Source: a virus. Taken from it: a DNA stretch of 64,000 nt. Shown one piece after another: positions 1 to 11,526 of the stretch. Below the pieces are notes generated by a model that saw only the letters and a program-made list of their open reading frames with translations, searched no databases and was not told the DNA's origin. Within the stretch, counting starts at the first letter, position 1. Each line of letters opens with the position of its first letter. The stretch covers positions 18,846 to 82,845 of the IMG/VR virus record IMGVR_UViG_3300034062_007046; one strand, 5' to 3'. A program made the position numbers and the translations under genes.

Positions 1-2
1 TT

Positions 3-1127
3 ATTTATAGATCTGTTACAAATAAAGACCCTAACTCTGCTACATTAGCAAAAGAAATTTTAAAACCATTTATAGTGCCAAGAAGATTTACTTTTGAAAG
101 TGAAATCGGCGCTTCATATATTCAATTCGGAGCAAGCTCCGACGTGACAGTACCAGATAATTTGAGTATGATTACAGACCCTGCAAACGCAATTTTGCAG
201 TTACATGGCAAAGAATATATTTCAAGCGATACTTTTGATCCGACAAGATTAACAAACAGCGATAAACTTGGTATTAGCCCTTCAAATACAGTTTTGACGG
301 TGACTTATCGCTATGCACAGACAAATGCTGGTGCTAACTTTGCAATCGATTCTCTAAACGAAGTTATAACTCCACAGTTTGCTTTTAACGATGAACAAAA
401 TTTATTACAAACAACGATTGCCTCTGTGATTTCTTCTCTTGAAGTAACTAACGAAACACCAATTGTTGGAGAAGCTAATACTTTTGATTCTAAAGAGCTG
501 AAGATAAGAATTCAAAATTCGTTTTCAACACAAAATAGAGCGGTTACAGCAGAAGATTATAAATCCTTATGCTATACAATGCCAAAGAAATTTGGCTCTA
601 TTAAAAGAATTAATACAGTTAGAGACGATGATTCCTTAAAAAGAAATTTAAATATTTATGTTTTATGCGAAGATTCTAATAGTTTTTTAACCGAAGCAAA
701 TCAAATAGTAAAAACAAATTTAAAAACCTGGCTTTCAAGAAATAAAATGTTAAATGACTCTATAGATATTCTTGACGGAAAAGTGGTAAATTACGGAATA
801 GAATTTGTTGCGGTAGGATCAAATAATAGACCTAAATATGACATCCTGACTGATGCAATTTCACAGTTAAAAATTGATTTTTCTACTTTACCTGATTTTG
901 GAGAAACTTTTTTTATAACAAATGTCTTAAGCAGCCTTAAAAAAGTTGATGGCTTATTAGATGTGATTAGCGTAAAAATAGTTCCAAAAAATGGTGGTGT
1001 ATATTCTGATAGCATATTTAGCTTTGAAGACAATACTTCGGCAGACAAAAGGTATATAAACATTCCATTAAATGTTGTAATGGAATTAAGATTCCCCAAC
1101 TCAGATATTAAAGGTACAATAATCTAA
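3..1127 (+). CDS. Baseplate wedge subunit (T4 gp6 / baseplate J-like), 5'-partial
   Basis: Frame is open from the window start. Contains the gp6/J-type motif 'QNRAVTAEDY' and 'YIQFG'. Confidence 0.8.
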   Translation: MYRSVTNKDPNSATLAKEILKPFIVPRRFTFESEIGASYIQFGASSDVTVPDNLSMITDPANAILQLHGKEYISSDTFDPTRLTNSDKLGISPSNTVLTVTYRYAQTNAGANFAIDSLNEVITPQFAFNDEQNLLQTTIASVISSLEVTNETPIVGEANTFDSKELKIRIQNSFSTQNRAVTAEDYKSLCYTMPKKFGSIKRINTVRDDDSLKRNLNIYVLCEDSNSFLTEANQIVKTNLKTWLSRNKMLNDSIDILDGKVVNYGIEFVAVGSNNRPKYDILTDAISQLKIDFSTLPDFGETFFITNVLSSLKKVDGLLDVISVKIVPKNGGVYSDSIFSFEDNTSADKRYINIPLNVVMELRFPNSDIKGTII

Positions 1128-2554
1128 TGCCATTCAAAAAATACGTAGCGAGTAAAGATACTACAATAACAAATGCTTATAGATTAGATCTTATTAATAG
1201 AGCCACAGATGCTAATATGGGTGCTTCTGACTCTCTTGAGATGTTTTCGATATATGGTCAAGCAAACTCCTCCTCAGTCGAAAAAAGCAGAATTTTAGTA
1301 CAGTTCCCGACAACGGACATAATCGCAGACAGAAATTTATCGAGAATACCATCTTCTGGTAGTGTTAAGTTTTTTCTTAGAATGTTTAACGTAGAGCATC
1401 CTTTTAGCGTGCCAAGAGATTATACAGCAAGTGTCGCCGCTCTGTCTCAATCTTGGGATGAAGGATATGGTTTGGATATGGAATCCTATACAGATAAAGG
1501 CTGGAGCGCACAAATGGTCGGCGCTGGTGCAACATGGATTTATTCTGTTAGTGGTACTTTATGGTCAACGCAAGGCGGTTCTTTTTTAACTTCGTCCGAT
1601 TATAATTTTAATGTTCCATTTTCATCTGGTTTGGAAGATATAGAATTAGATGTCACAAAGGTAGTAGAAGATTGGATGGCAGGAACCATTAGTGACAACG
1701 GTTTTATTATTAAACTGTCTGGGGCGTTTGAACAAGGTGATCAGTTCCGCAGCTTTTATACAAAAAAATTCTCAGCCAGAGGGTCTCAATTTTTCTATAA
1801 AAGACCGATAATTGAAGCTCGTTGGGAGGCGGTAGTTAAGGATGATAGGAATCAGTTTTTTGCTTCAAGTAGCTTACTGAATGCAGAAGACAACACCATG
1901 AATCTATATTTTTATAATAAAGTTGGCGGTGTATCCAAAAACATAGTTGGTAATATTTTACCAGGAGTTAAATTTTATTCGAATTCTTCTCTTACGAACG
2001 AAGTTTCTTCTGCGTATTTAAGCGTTACAAACCCTTCTGTTGGCGTCTATAAAGCGAGCGTTGCTATAAATACGACTGCAAGCGTTCTTTACGATAAATG
2101 GTACAATACAAGCTCTTCTGGTACTATCTTTTCAAGCTCTTTTGATGTTCTGCAAAGAGAAAATTATGACTACGAGTATGCGCCAGAGTACATTATAAAC
2201 ATTAACAATCTTAAAGTTACTTATAACGAAAACGAATCTGCGAGATTTAAAATTTTTGTCAGAGAAAAAGATTGGCAACCAACAATATACACAGTTGCAT
2301 ACAATACTGTAGAAAATTCAGTAATTACAGATCTTTATTACAAAATTTTTAGACTTAATGATAATTATACAGTAGTAGATTACTCTACTGGTTCGTTAGC
2401 TTATACCAAAACTTCTTATGATTCAAATGGCAATTATTTTGATTTGGATATGAAAAATATTGAAAAAGGATATGTTTATGGTATAAAATTAGCGAGATGG
2501 AATGGATTAGAATTAAAAGAATTCCAAAACGTTTTCAAATTTAAGGTTGAATAA
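1127..2554 (+). CDS. Virion structural protein with DNRLRE-like domain
   Basis: Motifs ASKDTTI, SRILVQF, SWDEG, DVTKVVEDW..NGFII, RPIIE resemble the DNRLRE domain; lies in the baseplate cluster. Confidence 0.55.
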   Translation: MPFKKYVASKDTTITNAYRLDLINRATDANMGASDSLEMFSIYGQANSSSVEKSRILVQFPTTDIIADRNLSRIPSSGSVKFFLRMFNVEHPFSVPRDYTASVAALSQSWDEGYGLDMESYTDKGWSAQMVGAGATWIYSVSGTLWSTQGGSFLTSSDYNFNVPFSSGLEDIELDVTKVVEDWMAGTISDNGFIIKLSGAFEQGDQFRSFYTKKFSARGSQFFYKRPIIEARWEAVVKDDRNQFFASSSLLNAEDNTMNLYFYNKVGGVSKNIVGNILPGVKFYSNSSLTNEVSSAYLSVTNPSVGVYKASVAINTTASVLYDKWYNTSSSGTIFSSSFDVLQRENYDYEYAPEYIININNLKVTYNENESARFKIFVREKDWQPTIYTVAYNTVENSVITDLYYKIFRLNDNYTVVDYSTGSLAYTKTSYDSNGNYFDLDMKNIEKGYVYGIKLARWNGLELKEFQNVFKFKVE

Positions 2555-2556
2555 AT

Positions 2557-5500
2557 ATGTCAATAAAAGATTTATTTGGTAAAAAATCAGAAGGTATAGT
2601 AGCGTCACAACAAGTACAATCTCTATATGACGATGCAGAATCGGAAGGCTTTTTAACTGAAAAAAGAAAAGAGAACGAAAGGTTTTTACCCTCTGTAGAT
2701 TTTTTAACTGCTTCAAATTTTGCCAGATACGGCTCCGCTGAAAAGTACTATTCGGACGCTATTAAAAATATTTATCAAACCTATCCTTATGATGGATCTA
2801 AAAAAGAAAAAACAGAATGGAGAAATTCTGTCTCTCAACTGGATTTATATGTTTTAGATAACATCTATCCAAAAACTACTGGTTATGTTATTTTTAATTC
2901 ATCTTCACAACAATATGTAACAGTAAAAGGCGGTCCAAATACTGCTTCTTCTGGTAAGTTTGTTGACGCGAACATATACGATTTAAGTAAAAATAGAGAA
3001 TCAAATTTAGCGTTAAATCCATTAAATTTAGGTAATACTGTAGAGTTTTGGTATAAGGAGTCTGGATCTAACGCGTCAACATATGCGTTATTTGATCTCT
3101 GGAACGGTGCTTCTTCTGGCTCTGTTAGTTATACAAGATTTTTAATTGAAAAAGTTTCATCTGGGTTTAGACTAACTTATTGCTCTGGAACCTCTGGTGT
3201 GCAAAATGCTTCTATTGCATACACGCATGACATAAATAACTGGCACCACTATGCGTTCTCGGTTAACTCAGCTTCAACTGGATTAAATCTTTGTTTGTAT
3301 GTTGATGGTGATTTAGTAAATAATTCTATTACAGGTTCTGCTTTTTACGAAATAGCAAATAATGCTAATTCTATAGCTAATTTAGGCGCTTATAGAACTG
3401 GTTCTGCCGTTTATGTTAATGGAGCATTTGACGAATTTAGATTTTGGAAAGAAGCAAGAAGTTCAAAAAAAATTAGTAGATATTGGTTTACAAATGTCGA
3501 TGGTGGCGCAAACACAGACGATTCAAACACTGAACTCGGCATTTATTTTAAATTTAACGAAGGGATATTATCATATAATTCCGTAAACCAATACGATACT
3601 CAATGCTTGGATTACTCGGGTCGTATCTCAAACGGCTCAATAATAAATTACACGGTCGCGGTCAGGAGTACTGGTTCCGCTTTAGAAAGCTATTCGTCTG
3701 ATTTTGTTGAACAAAAAGACCCAGTAGTGTATTCGATACATCCAGACGTTCAAGCAGTTTTGACTGAATACTCTCAGCTTGGTTTCGAGCACGATAAAAT
3801 CAATAATAGTAGCATATATAAGTCTATACCTTCTTGGATAACTGAACAGCAGGAAGATATTCAGGGCGAAGATTTATCTAATCTAACTCAAATTATTTCA
3901 AGTTATTTTGATACTCTGCATTTACAAATAGAAAACTTAACTAAACTTAAGGACATAAAGTATTTTTCAGATGGCGAAAAACCACTACCATTTATAAATA
4001 AAATACTTTCTTCTTATAACTTTAATAATTTAGAGATTTTCAATAATACTACATTTTTAGAAGACTTATTATCAAGAAATGAAACTGATGAATTTGAAGA
4101 AAGTTTGTTTGATATAAAAAATACAATTTATCAAAATATCTATAACAATTTAATTTATATTTATAAGTCAAAAGGCACAGAAAAATCTCTAAGAAATCTT
4201 ATAAGATGCTTTGGCGTAGACGATGAATTAGTAAAAATAAATCTATACGCGGATAACGCACAATATAATTTAACGAATAAATATCAATATGTTTCAACTC
4301 CTAAAAAGTTTGTCGATTTTAATGACGAAGATCGGTTTGAAGCCGTTGTTTATCAAAAAGCTTTTAGCGGCGACTCCAACACAAGAGGGTATATAAAAGG
4401 AGAAAGCTCGGGAAAACTAAGTTATATTCCTGTGACGCTTCAAGCAGAAATAATATTTCCAAAAAAAGTTGATTACGACAATCCAAATTATATAATCCCA
4501 GAATTTACAACAGTTTCTTTGTTTGGCGTTCATACTGCAAACAATAATCAAAATATTTTAACTTGGGGAAATGATGAATTTAACTTTCAAGTATATGCAG
4601 AAAAAAGAAACTTTGAGAGCAAAGATGTATATTTTAGATTATCGGGCTCGTTGTCAGGAAGCAGCTTCCAGCTAACATCAAGCTGGTACAACGAAACCTA
4701 TGACAACAATAAGTGGAACCTTGCAGTAAGAATTAAGCCACAAAAAATAGAAAATGTTGATTTGGTGTCTGGCTCCTCAACTGGCGATTATGTCGTTGAG
4801 TTTGTTGGTTTTAACACAACCTTAGACAATATTGATGATAGTTTTATCCTTTCTGCTTCGATACCAGAAGCTAATGCTAAATCTGCTTTATCTAAAAATA
4901 AAAGAGTTTATGCAGGCGCTCATTATCAAGATTTTGATCCAATGCAATTAATGGCAAAAACTGACGTAAAAATCTCGTCTGTTCGGTTTTGGCATGATTA
5001 CTTGAACGATGAAGAAATTAAAAATCATTCATATGATTCTTCTAATTTTGGTCGAGAATACCCATATTGGAATGCTTTCTTGACTCAAACAGATGCTAAC
5101 AGTTTGATGCTAACGAAAGCAGATTTATTAACATTAAATTGGGATTTTGCGGTTGTCACAGGATCGGATTCAAGTGGAGAATTTTTAGTCGAGGATGCCT
5201 CTTCTGGATCTGTCGCTGCTGCTACAAAATATGGTGTAGGTTGGCTTGGAGATATCCTTTTTTATAGGCATACTGGTTTAGGAACCCAATTTTATCCAAG
5301 CGACTCACAGGTTGTTAATAAGGAATTTATCTATTCAGCGAAGCTGCAAACCCCAGAAACCTTGGCTGGTTCAGATTTGATACAAATTAGAAACACTGAT
5401 GATATTGAATCAACAAGAAACACCAAGCCAGTAACATACTTCTATTCAGTAGAAAAAAGTATGTCACAAGTTATTAACAACGAAATTATTAATTGGTTTT

Positions 5501-8500
5501 CTACAATAAATGCGTTTAATAATTTAATAGGCGACCCATCGGAGCGTTATAGAAGAGAATATAAAAACTTATCTTATTTAAGAAAGTTGTTCTTTGAAAA
5601 GGTTCAAAATGAACCAAGCTTCGAAAGATTCATAGAATTCTATAAGTGGATCGATTCTTCTATCTCTATGATGATAGCACAGCTTGTACCAGCTTCTGCA
5701 AACATATCAGAAAACGTTCGAAACGTTGTTGAAAGCCATTTATTAGAGAGAAATAAATACGAAAATAAACTTCCAACAATAGAAGCAAAGGGTGAAATAA
5801 CAGCTACTACGAGTAACTTTAGAACTTATGGTAACCCAAATGATCAACGCGCGCCTAACAATCCAACTGGCAGCACTTGGTTAAAGCTTAGAGCAGAAAG
5901 AACACACCCATTAGTTACATCTGGCGATGCAAATACAGACGCAAATAGAGAAACTATTAGAGAAGTTTTAATCGGAAAAAATTTAAATAAAGTTCCTAAA
6001 CAATATGATACGCAAACGCAACAGTTTTATGAAGGCAAAAGAGATTTAGTCAGAGGTTACGCCTCCATAAATACAATTAGCAGTAGCTTGTTAGAAAACC
6101 CAGAAGACTCAATAAGACCAGTGACTGTTGAAAATAGTAGATTCACATCAGATTTTCAATTTGCAAGCGCGAGCGTAACTGGTTCTGGGCAAATATTAAA
6201 AAAAGATAACAAAATCGGTAATTTTAGGAATACATATGAATATTTCCAAACGTCTGGTCGTTCAGATGTTAATTTAAAACTACCAGAAGTAGCGGAACAG
6301 CTATTGAGTTCTTCTACAGAGAGCGCAGTTGACGGAATTTTTGAAAGAACACTGCCAACAAGACCAGTAGTTAAGACTGTAATAGTTGAAAAATTCTCTG
6401 CTCCCGGTGGTCCTGAAGTTATGAGTAGGGGATATTTGGATGCCGCCTCTGAAGAATTTTCTGTATATAACGGACTAAACAACAGAAATTCTTTGGTCAG
6501 AAAAAATTTGAATAAATGGTCAGCAGAATCCGCAAGCATTGATGTAGAGAGTCCGTCATATCACAAAGTAAACAAAAATACTGGCTATACAGTAAATGAT
6601 AACGGTACTTCTAATCCTCAATATGATAACAGCTTTATCCAACATCAAATTCCAAGAAGCGATGCACAATATTCTTGGATTACTGCCTCTTTGATTAGCA
6701 AGCCAAGCGCAAGCGGATACTTCAGCGAATACGATAATTTAAATGTTTATAATAGCAGTTCTGCTCAGTTCCTCTCTGCTTCCGTTTCTGGTTCAAGCAC
6801 GCTTGATTTTATTGGATTAAATACAAATATTCAAGTTGTAGCTGATGAAGCAACCAATACTCTTTCTGCTTCAAATGTAAGCGATTTAAACAAATACTTA
6901 TTGAATATCAACGGTCCTTACGGAAATGCTTCATGGAAGCAAATTCGTCAATCATTTAATAAGATTGTTAGCCTTTCAAGAAAAAACAATAGAATTTTGG
7001 TGCAAGACCGCCCGCAACAAAAAACAAAAAATGAAAAAGGCTTCCTAAGATTTTTTACACCAAGACAAAGCGACACATTTACAAGCTATATAGAGCCACC
7101 AGTTTCATATAACCTACCAATGACCCACGTTGTATCAGTCACTGGCTCTAAGTTGCCAATTGAAATTGTCAGCACATACGACAATAACAAAGAAAAACTT
7201 GCTAATGAAGCCTTAATAAAAGTTTTGGGCGTAAAAGAAAGAACAGAACCACAAACTCACGATGTTTTAAAGAATCTTGAAAATGGCTTATATGAGCCAA
7301 GACCTTCAATAAAAGAAGTTGTCTATCAGCAAAATATATTTCCAAGAAAAGATAAAGTCGGTACAAAAGAGACAAGAACAAGACCAGAATATGCAGAAGT
7401 CGCTGGTACAGGTTCAAATGGATATGATCGCAATATAGCAAAGATTAGAAGCTTCTGGAGAAATAACGTAAATAATAGAATTAGAACTATTGGTAGTGGA
7501 ATTACTGGGTCTATCAATTCATTAAATTATCCAAGGCTACAATCAAATACTTCATCACTATCGTTTCAAGGAGCTTTTATCAACACGATTTTTACTTACG
7601 AGCCTACTGGTACAATAACTTATACAGCTTCTTTAACGAACGAAATAGACACGGTCTGGAGTATTGACAATGAATATACCAATTTTTCATCGTCTGTACT
7701 GAGCAGCTCTTCGCAGGTCTCAGCCAATTACACATATTCAAGTTCTTATTTTGGCGAATTGTCAACATATAAGCTTCACGAAAAAATATTATTAAACTTA
7801 CAGCCAAGTGGTACATATACAACTGAGAGTGTCGTGAACTCGGTCGGTGCCGCTTCTACTAAATATAAATTTACGTATCAAAGCGGAAGCTACCGGGTTA
7901 TACCAAGACCACAATTCGCATTTTTTGATAATCCATATGCGTCAAGAAATGATTTTTCATCATTAACGAATCGCAGTGCTTCATTATATTATTTTGATGT
8001 TTTGCCTTACAAAACCAATGTTTTATCTAATAATTCTCCTTGGTATGATTCTTATGAAGATTTTTTTGAAGATATAAAACCTTATTCAAAAAAGTATTCT
8101 TTAGCACCAGAATATAAAATCAATAATTTAATTGATTTTTATTTTAAGGAAAATAATGGAAATTTTGATGTGCCGCTTACAGCAAGCTATTTATCGTTGG
8201 ACGGCGCTTCAGCGGACTACGACGCAGTACAAACTGGTTATAATTCGTCCGATGAATTAAATAATTTTATTTTTGAGCAAGATAACGGAGAAAAAAGCAT
8301 TAAAATAAAAATTAATGCCGTCAAAAAGCTATTGCCATATAAAGGTTTTTATCCTCAAGAAAGAGCCGTTCAAGTTGTAGATTATTTTAGGGATTCTTTC
8401 TTTGGGCTGACTGACCAGCAAATTTTAACTGGTTCATTTTCAACATCTCCATCAACAACAAGTGGATCGACTCCTGTTGATCAGCAAATAGCAACAGTTT

Positions 8501-10533
8501 TACAGCCATATTTTGCCCCTGGAGTATTGTTTAATACCATTAAGGCAGGCGTAGCGGTTCACTTTCCTACTATAATAACAAGTTCTGATTACGACGCCAC
8601 CTCAGTTCCAAGTTATTTGACTGCTTCTAATAATACTAATTTAGTTAGTAACGCAACAATAATAGAAGCGGGAAGAGCTGTCGATGTTGGTCCTTTTAGT
8701 TATTTGTTGCCAAACACAAATTATAATTTTCCTTTTGAATCTTTGTTAGATATAGACAACTCTATTCCATCCGAATTTAGAAACGAAGACTATAGTTTAA
8801 TATTATTGAATCAAAGATCTATGGGAATGGATTATTTAAGCGGAACAATTAGAGATAGAATACGCTTTCCTTCTGTCTCTATTAAAGACGATTTTTCTGA
8901 TATAAATAAAAATTGGAGCGAAAAAAATCCTTTGTATAGGTTGGCGATAAATAATTTCCTTTCAGAAATCGTAGATTTTTTCTTGTTAGACGGAAAATTG
9001 AATAATTTTACCTCAAAGCCACTAAAAAATGTTTCTGTTATAAGCGGAACAACCTACTATATGGATGTATATTTCGATAAAAACCCTGAGCACAAACACT
9101 TTATAGTAAAAAACTTTCAAGGAGAACTACCCAAAGAGAATTCACCTAATTCTTTGCATTTTGCGCTCGTTGATGAGAATGCTGTTTATTCTCCTTTTTT
9201 TAATTTATTAGGAGAAGAGCCAATAAGACTTTCTATGCCTATTGGTTATACTACTTTTGCTCCTCCATACTCTTTAGGAAAAAATAAAGCAACCCTATCG
9301 TATACAGCAAAACAAACAGGTTTAGTATCCTTAAAAGACATTTTGGAAGAATTGCAGGTACAATACAGATTTAGTTGGTTCGCTGAAGATATACAAGCTA
9401 ATCTTCCGTATTTTATGCCGTTATCAGCCAGTATAAATTTCAAGCAGTTAAAAGAAAATAAATTAGTAACTTATGATGAATTTGGAAATACCGTTGAAGT
9501 CTCTGATAACCCGGACGTTGATTCGTTTATTTGGTCTATTCAAACTAAATTTGAAACACCTGTGTTAAACTTTAATAATGATCTTAATAGGTCGCAATTA
9601 ATAAATATAACAAGTAGTTCTAACAATTTGACATCCATACAGAAAAATATTATTGGTTTGTGGAGCGGCTATGGGGAAGTACCAAAAAGCGGCGCGGCAA
9701 TAAAATTTGGCATAGAGGAGACCTATCAAGAAGTTTATGATTCTTTAACCGGCTCATTAATAAAATTGTGCGGGTTTAGACCAGCAGTAAAAGATATAGG
9801 CAGAATAGCGAGCAGTAAAGAAATAAGTGAAGCTGTTGTTATTATACCTTACGTTGAATTAGGTGGAGAAAATCTTAATTCAACGAATAATATTGCATTA
9901 AATATTTTAGGAATACCTGGGGAAAATGACATTAACGGACTATCTGTTGGAAACGGTCCATTCTACTTCTCAGTTAACAAAAATACTATAAATGAATTAT
10001 TAGATGCTCAATTTGATGCATCATCTGTTGAGCAATTACAAAAATTAACTGCCAAAACAAAAAATATTAATAATTCAATTATTAAAACGATTAATAGTAT
10101 GACAAAATACAATATACCGCCTCATTTAGACTGGGTGCAAAATAAAAACATCGAACCTTTTGTTATGTATATTGCAGAATTTAAAGAAACTTTAGATCAG
10201 CAAGATTTAGCAGATATCTGGCAGGGGTTGATGCCGAAAATAGCCAGAAATTGTAAACTTGATGAAAACTTCATAGAACATCCTTTGAAGGAAGACGAAT
10301 TTTTTCATGGCAAGTCGATCCCAGCGGGAGTTAAATTTAAGATTTTCAAAGTTAAGAAAAAAGCAAAGAAAAGCTACTATGATTTAACCGATGATTCAAG
10401 TGATGACACAAGGTTTAGATTCGATTTCGCAAATCAGAAAACAACGCCTGATTATTCATTTAATTATCCTTATGATTTCTTTTCTTTAGTTGAGCTAATT
10501 AATATCGAGACTTCAACTAAAAATAAAAAATAG
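2557..10533 (+). CDS. Giant baseplate wedge protein (gp7/P2 gpI-like) with LamG/ConA-like domains, 2658 aa
   Basis: 'YKSKGTEKSLRNLIRCFG' is a gp7/gpI-type motif. LamG-like signatures WHHYAFSV..LYVDG..FDEFRFW, and a second at KWNLAVRI..ISSVRFW. Confidence 0.65.
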   Translation: MSIKDLFGKKSEGIVASQQVQSLYDDAESEGFLTEKRKENERFLPSVDFLTASNFARYGSAEKYYSDAIKNIYQTYPYDGSKKEKTEWRNSVSQLDLYVLDNIYPKTTGYVIFNSSSQQYVTVKGGPNTASSGKFVDANIYDLSKNRESNLALNPLNLGNTVEFWYKESGSNASTYALFDLWNGASSGSVSYTRFLIEKVSSGFRLTYCSGTSGVQNASIAYTHDINNWHHYAFSVNSASTGLNLCLYVDGDLVNNSITGSAFYEIANNANSIANLGAYRTGSAVYVNGAFDEFRFWKEARSSKKISRYWFTNVDGGANTDDSNTELGIYFKFNEGILSYNSVNQYDTQCLDYSGRISNGSIINYTVAVRSTGSALESYSSDFVEQKDPVVYSIHPDVQAVLTEYSQLGFEHDKINNSSIYKSIPSWITEQQEDIQGEDLSNLTQIISSYFDTLHLQIENLTKLKDIKYFSDGEKPLPFINKILSSYNFNNLEIFNNTTFLEDLLSRNETDEFEESLFDIKNTIYQNIYNNLIYIYKSKGTEKSLRNLIRCFGVDDELVKINLYADNAQYNLTNKYQYVSTPKKFVDFNDEDRFEAVVYQKAFSGDSNTRGYIKGESSGKLSYIPVTLQAEIIFPKKVDYDNPNYIIPEFTTVSLFGVHTANNNQNILTWGNDEFNFQVYAEKRNFESKDVYFRLSGSLSGSSFQLTSSWYNETYDNNKWNLAVRIKPQKIENVDLVSGSSTGDYVVEFVGFNTTLDNIDDSFILSASIPEANAKSALSKNKRVYAGAHYQDFDPMQLMAKTDVKISSVRFWHDYLNDEEIKNHSYDSSNFGREYPYWNAFLTQTDANSLMLTKADLLTLNWDFAVVTGSDSSGEFLVEDASSGSVAAATKYGVGWLGDILFYRHTGLGTQFYPSDSQVVNKEFIYSAKLQTPETLAGSDLIQIRNTDDIESTRNTKPVTYFYSVEKSMSQVINNEIINWFSTINAFNNLIGDPSERYRREYKNLSYLRKLFFEKVQNEPSFERFIEFYKWIDSSISMMIAQLVPASANISENVRNVVESHLLERNKYENKLPTIEAKGEITATTSNFRTYGNPNDQRAPNNPTGSTWLKLRAERTHPLVTSGDANTDANRETIREVLIGKNLNKVPKQYDTQTQQFYEGKRDLVRGYASINTISSSLLENPEDSIRPVTVENSRFTSDFQFASASVTGSGQILKKDNKIGNFRNTYEYFQTSGRSDVNLKLPEVAEQLLSSSTESAVDGIFERTLPTRPVVKTVIVEKFSAPGGPEVMSRGYLDAASEEFSVYNGLNNRNSLVRKNLNKWSAESASIDVESPSYHKVNKNTGYTVNDNGTSNPQYDNSFIQHQIPRSDAQYSWITASLISKPSASGYFSEYDNLNVYNSSSAQFLSASVSGSSTLDFIGLNTNIQVVADEATNTLSASNVSDLNKYLLNINGPYGNASWKQIRQSFNKIVSLSRKNNRILVQDRPQQKTKNEKGFLRFFTPRQSDTFTSYIEPPVSYNLPMTHVVSVTGSKLPIEIVSTYDNNKEKLANEALIKVLGVKERTEPQTHDVLKNLENGLYEPRPSIKEVVYQQNIFPRKDKVGTKETRTRPEYAEVAGTGSNGYDRNIAKIRSFWRNNVNNRIRTIGSGITGSINSLNYPRLQSNTSSLSFQGAFINTIFTYEPTGTITYTASLTNEIDTVWSIDNEYTNFSSSVLSSSSQVSANYTYSSSYFGELSTYKLHEKILLNLQPSGTYTTESVVNSVGAASTKYKFTYQSGSYRVIPRPQFAFFDNPYASRNDFSSLTNRSASLYYFDVLPYKTNVLSNNSPWYDSYEDFFEDIKPYSKKYSLAPEYKINNLIDFYFKENNGNFDVPLTASYLSLDGASADYDAVQTGYNSSDELNNFIFEQDNGEKSIKIKINAVKKLLPYKGFYPQERAVQVVDYFRDSFFGLTDQQILTGSFSTSPSTTSGSTPVDQQIATVLQPYFAPGVLFNTIKAGVAVHFPTIITSSDYDATSVPSYLTASNNTNLVSNATIIEAGRAVDVGPFSYLLPNTNYNFPFESLLDIDNSIPSEFRNEDYSLILLNQRSMGMDYLSGTIRDRIRFPSVSIKDDFSDINKNWSEKNPLYRLAINNFLSEIVDFFLLDGKLNNFTSKPLKNVSVISGTTYYMDVYFDKNPEHKHFIVKNFQGELPKENSPNSLHFALVDENAVYSPFFNLLGEEPIRLSMPIGYTTFAPPYSLGKNKATLSYTAKQTGLVSLKDILEELQVQYRFSWFAEDIQANLPYFMPLSASINFKQLKENKLVTYDEFGNTVEVSDNPDVDSFIWSIQTKFETPVLNFNNDLNRSQLINITSSSNNLTSIQKNIIGLWSGYGEVPKSGAAIKFGIEETYQEVYDSLTGSLIKLCGFRPAVKDIGRIASSKEISEAVVIIPYVELGGENLNSTNNIALNILGIPGENDINGLSVGNGPFYFSVNKNTINELLDAQFDASSVEQLQKLTAKTKNINNSIIKTINSMTKYNIPPHLDWVQNKNIEPFVMYIAEFKETLDQQDLADIWQGLMPKIARNCKLDENFIEHPLKEDEFFHGKSIPAGVKFKIFKVKKKAKKSYYDLTDDSSDDTRFRFDFANQKTTPDYSFNYPYDFFSLVELINIETSTKNKK

Positions 10534-10545
10534 TGGGAACAATTA

Positions 10546-11526
10546 ATGTCATTTTTTGATTCAAAGCAAGAAGTTTTAAATATTGAATTAACTCAATATG
10601 GGAAATACCTTCTATCAAAGGGTAAATTTAGTCCATCTTACTATGCTTTTTTTGATGATGACGTTGTATATGACAGTTTATATATGAACGTTACCGAGTC
10701 GCAGAACTATTCCCAAGATAGAATCCTTAATGAAACTCCAATTTCAAAGCCAACTTACAACTTTTCTTCTGTTGAACAAGACGTTAATGAACAACAAAAA
10801 TTAATAATTACGGAGAATTTAGAAGGTTTAAAAAAATTAGAAGACGGAATAAAATCCTTAAGTAACACTTCGCAAGCAAGTGTTTTGCCTTTAGGAACCA
10901 GCGCCTTTAATTCGGAGTACTATCCAGCGTGGAGCATTAAAGTTGTTAGCGGAAGCATTGAAAGAACAGAGGAGTATTTAGATAATTCTTTAGTTGCTGA
11001 TCTAAAAGGTGTTCTAATGCCGTATCTGAGAGTGCCACAAATATCGTGCGCCACTTCAAGTTATGGTATAAATGCCGTTACTTCTCTTATAAATAATAAA
11101 GATGACGTTTTAGTAGAAATATTTATAGACGAAGATAATTCAATTTTTCTAACTGGCGATAAAAAGAACTTGACAAATATTTTTGATATTTTAGAAGAAA
11201 ATGTTGAAGATAAAAAAGAAAATTTTGATATAGAAGTTTTTATAGAAGAAGAAAGAACAAAGGCAGACGGTACATCTGAAAAATATTTAAATAAATTATA
11301 TTTTTTTAAGAAGCCAACAAATATAAAAAATAACATTTTATTAGACGAATATATTTATAAAGAAGCAGAGAACGCCGTACCAGACGAAACAAATGTAGAA
11401 TATTATTTTGATCTGCTTATAGATAATGAAATAGATCTCCCACCAGAAGCAAAATTGGGTATTGGAGCAGATATTTATTCTTCAACTATTACTGAGGCGG
11501 ATAAGCCATTTGGTGAGGATTGCTAA
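10546..11526 (+). CDS. Baseplate structural protein; N-terminus paralogous to 16580
   Basis: 'IELTQYGKYLLSKG..YAFFDDDVVY' aligns with 'AVLTDTGRMRLAKG..FALGDDEINY'. Confidence 0.55.
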   Translation: MSFFDSKQEVLNIELTQYGKYLLSKGKFSPSYYAFFDDDVVYDSLYMNVTESQNYSQDRILNETPISKPTYNFSSVEQDVNEQQKLIITENLEGLKKLEDGIKSLSNTSQASVLPLGTSAFNSEYYPAWSIKVVSGSIERTEEYLDNSLVADLKGVLMPYLRVPQISCATSSYGINAVTSLINNKDDVLVEIFIDEDNSIFLTGDKKNLTNIFDILEENVEDKKENFDIEVFIEEERTKADGTSEKYLNKLYFFKKPTNIKNNILLDEYIYKEAENAVPDETNVEYYFDLLIDNEIDLPPEAKLGIGADIYSSTITEADKPFGEDC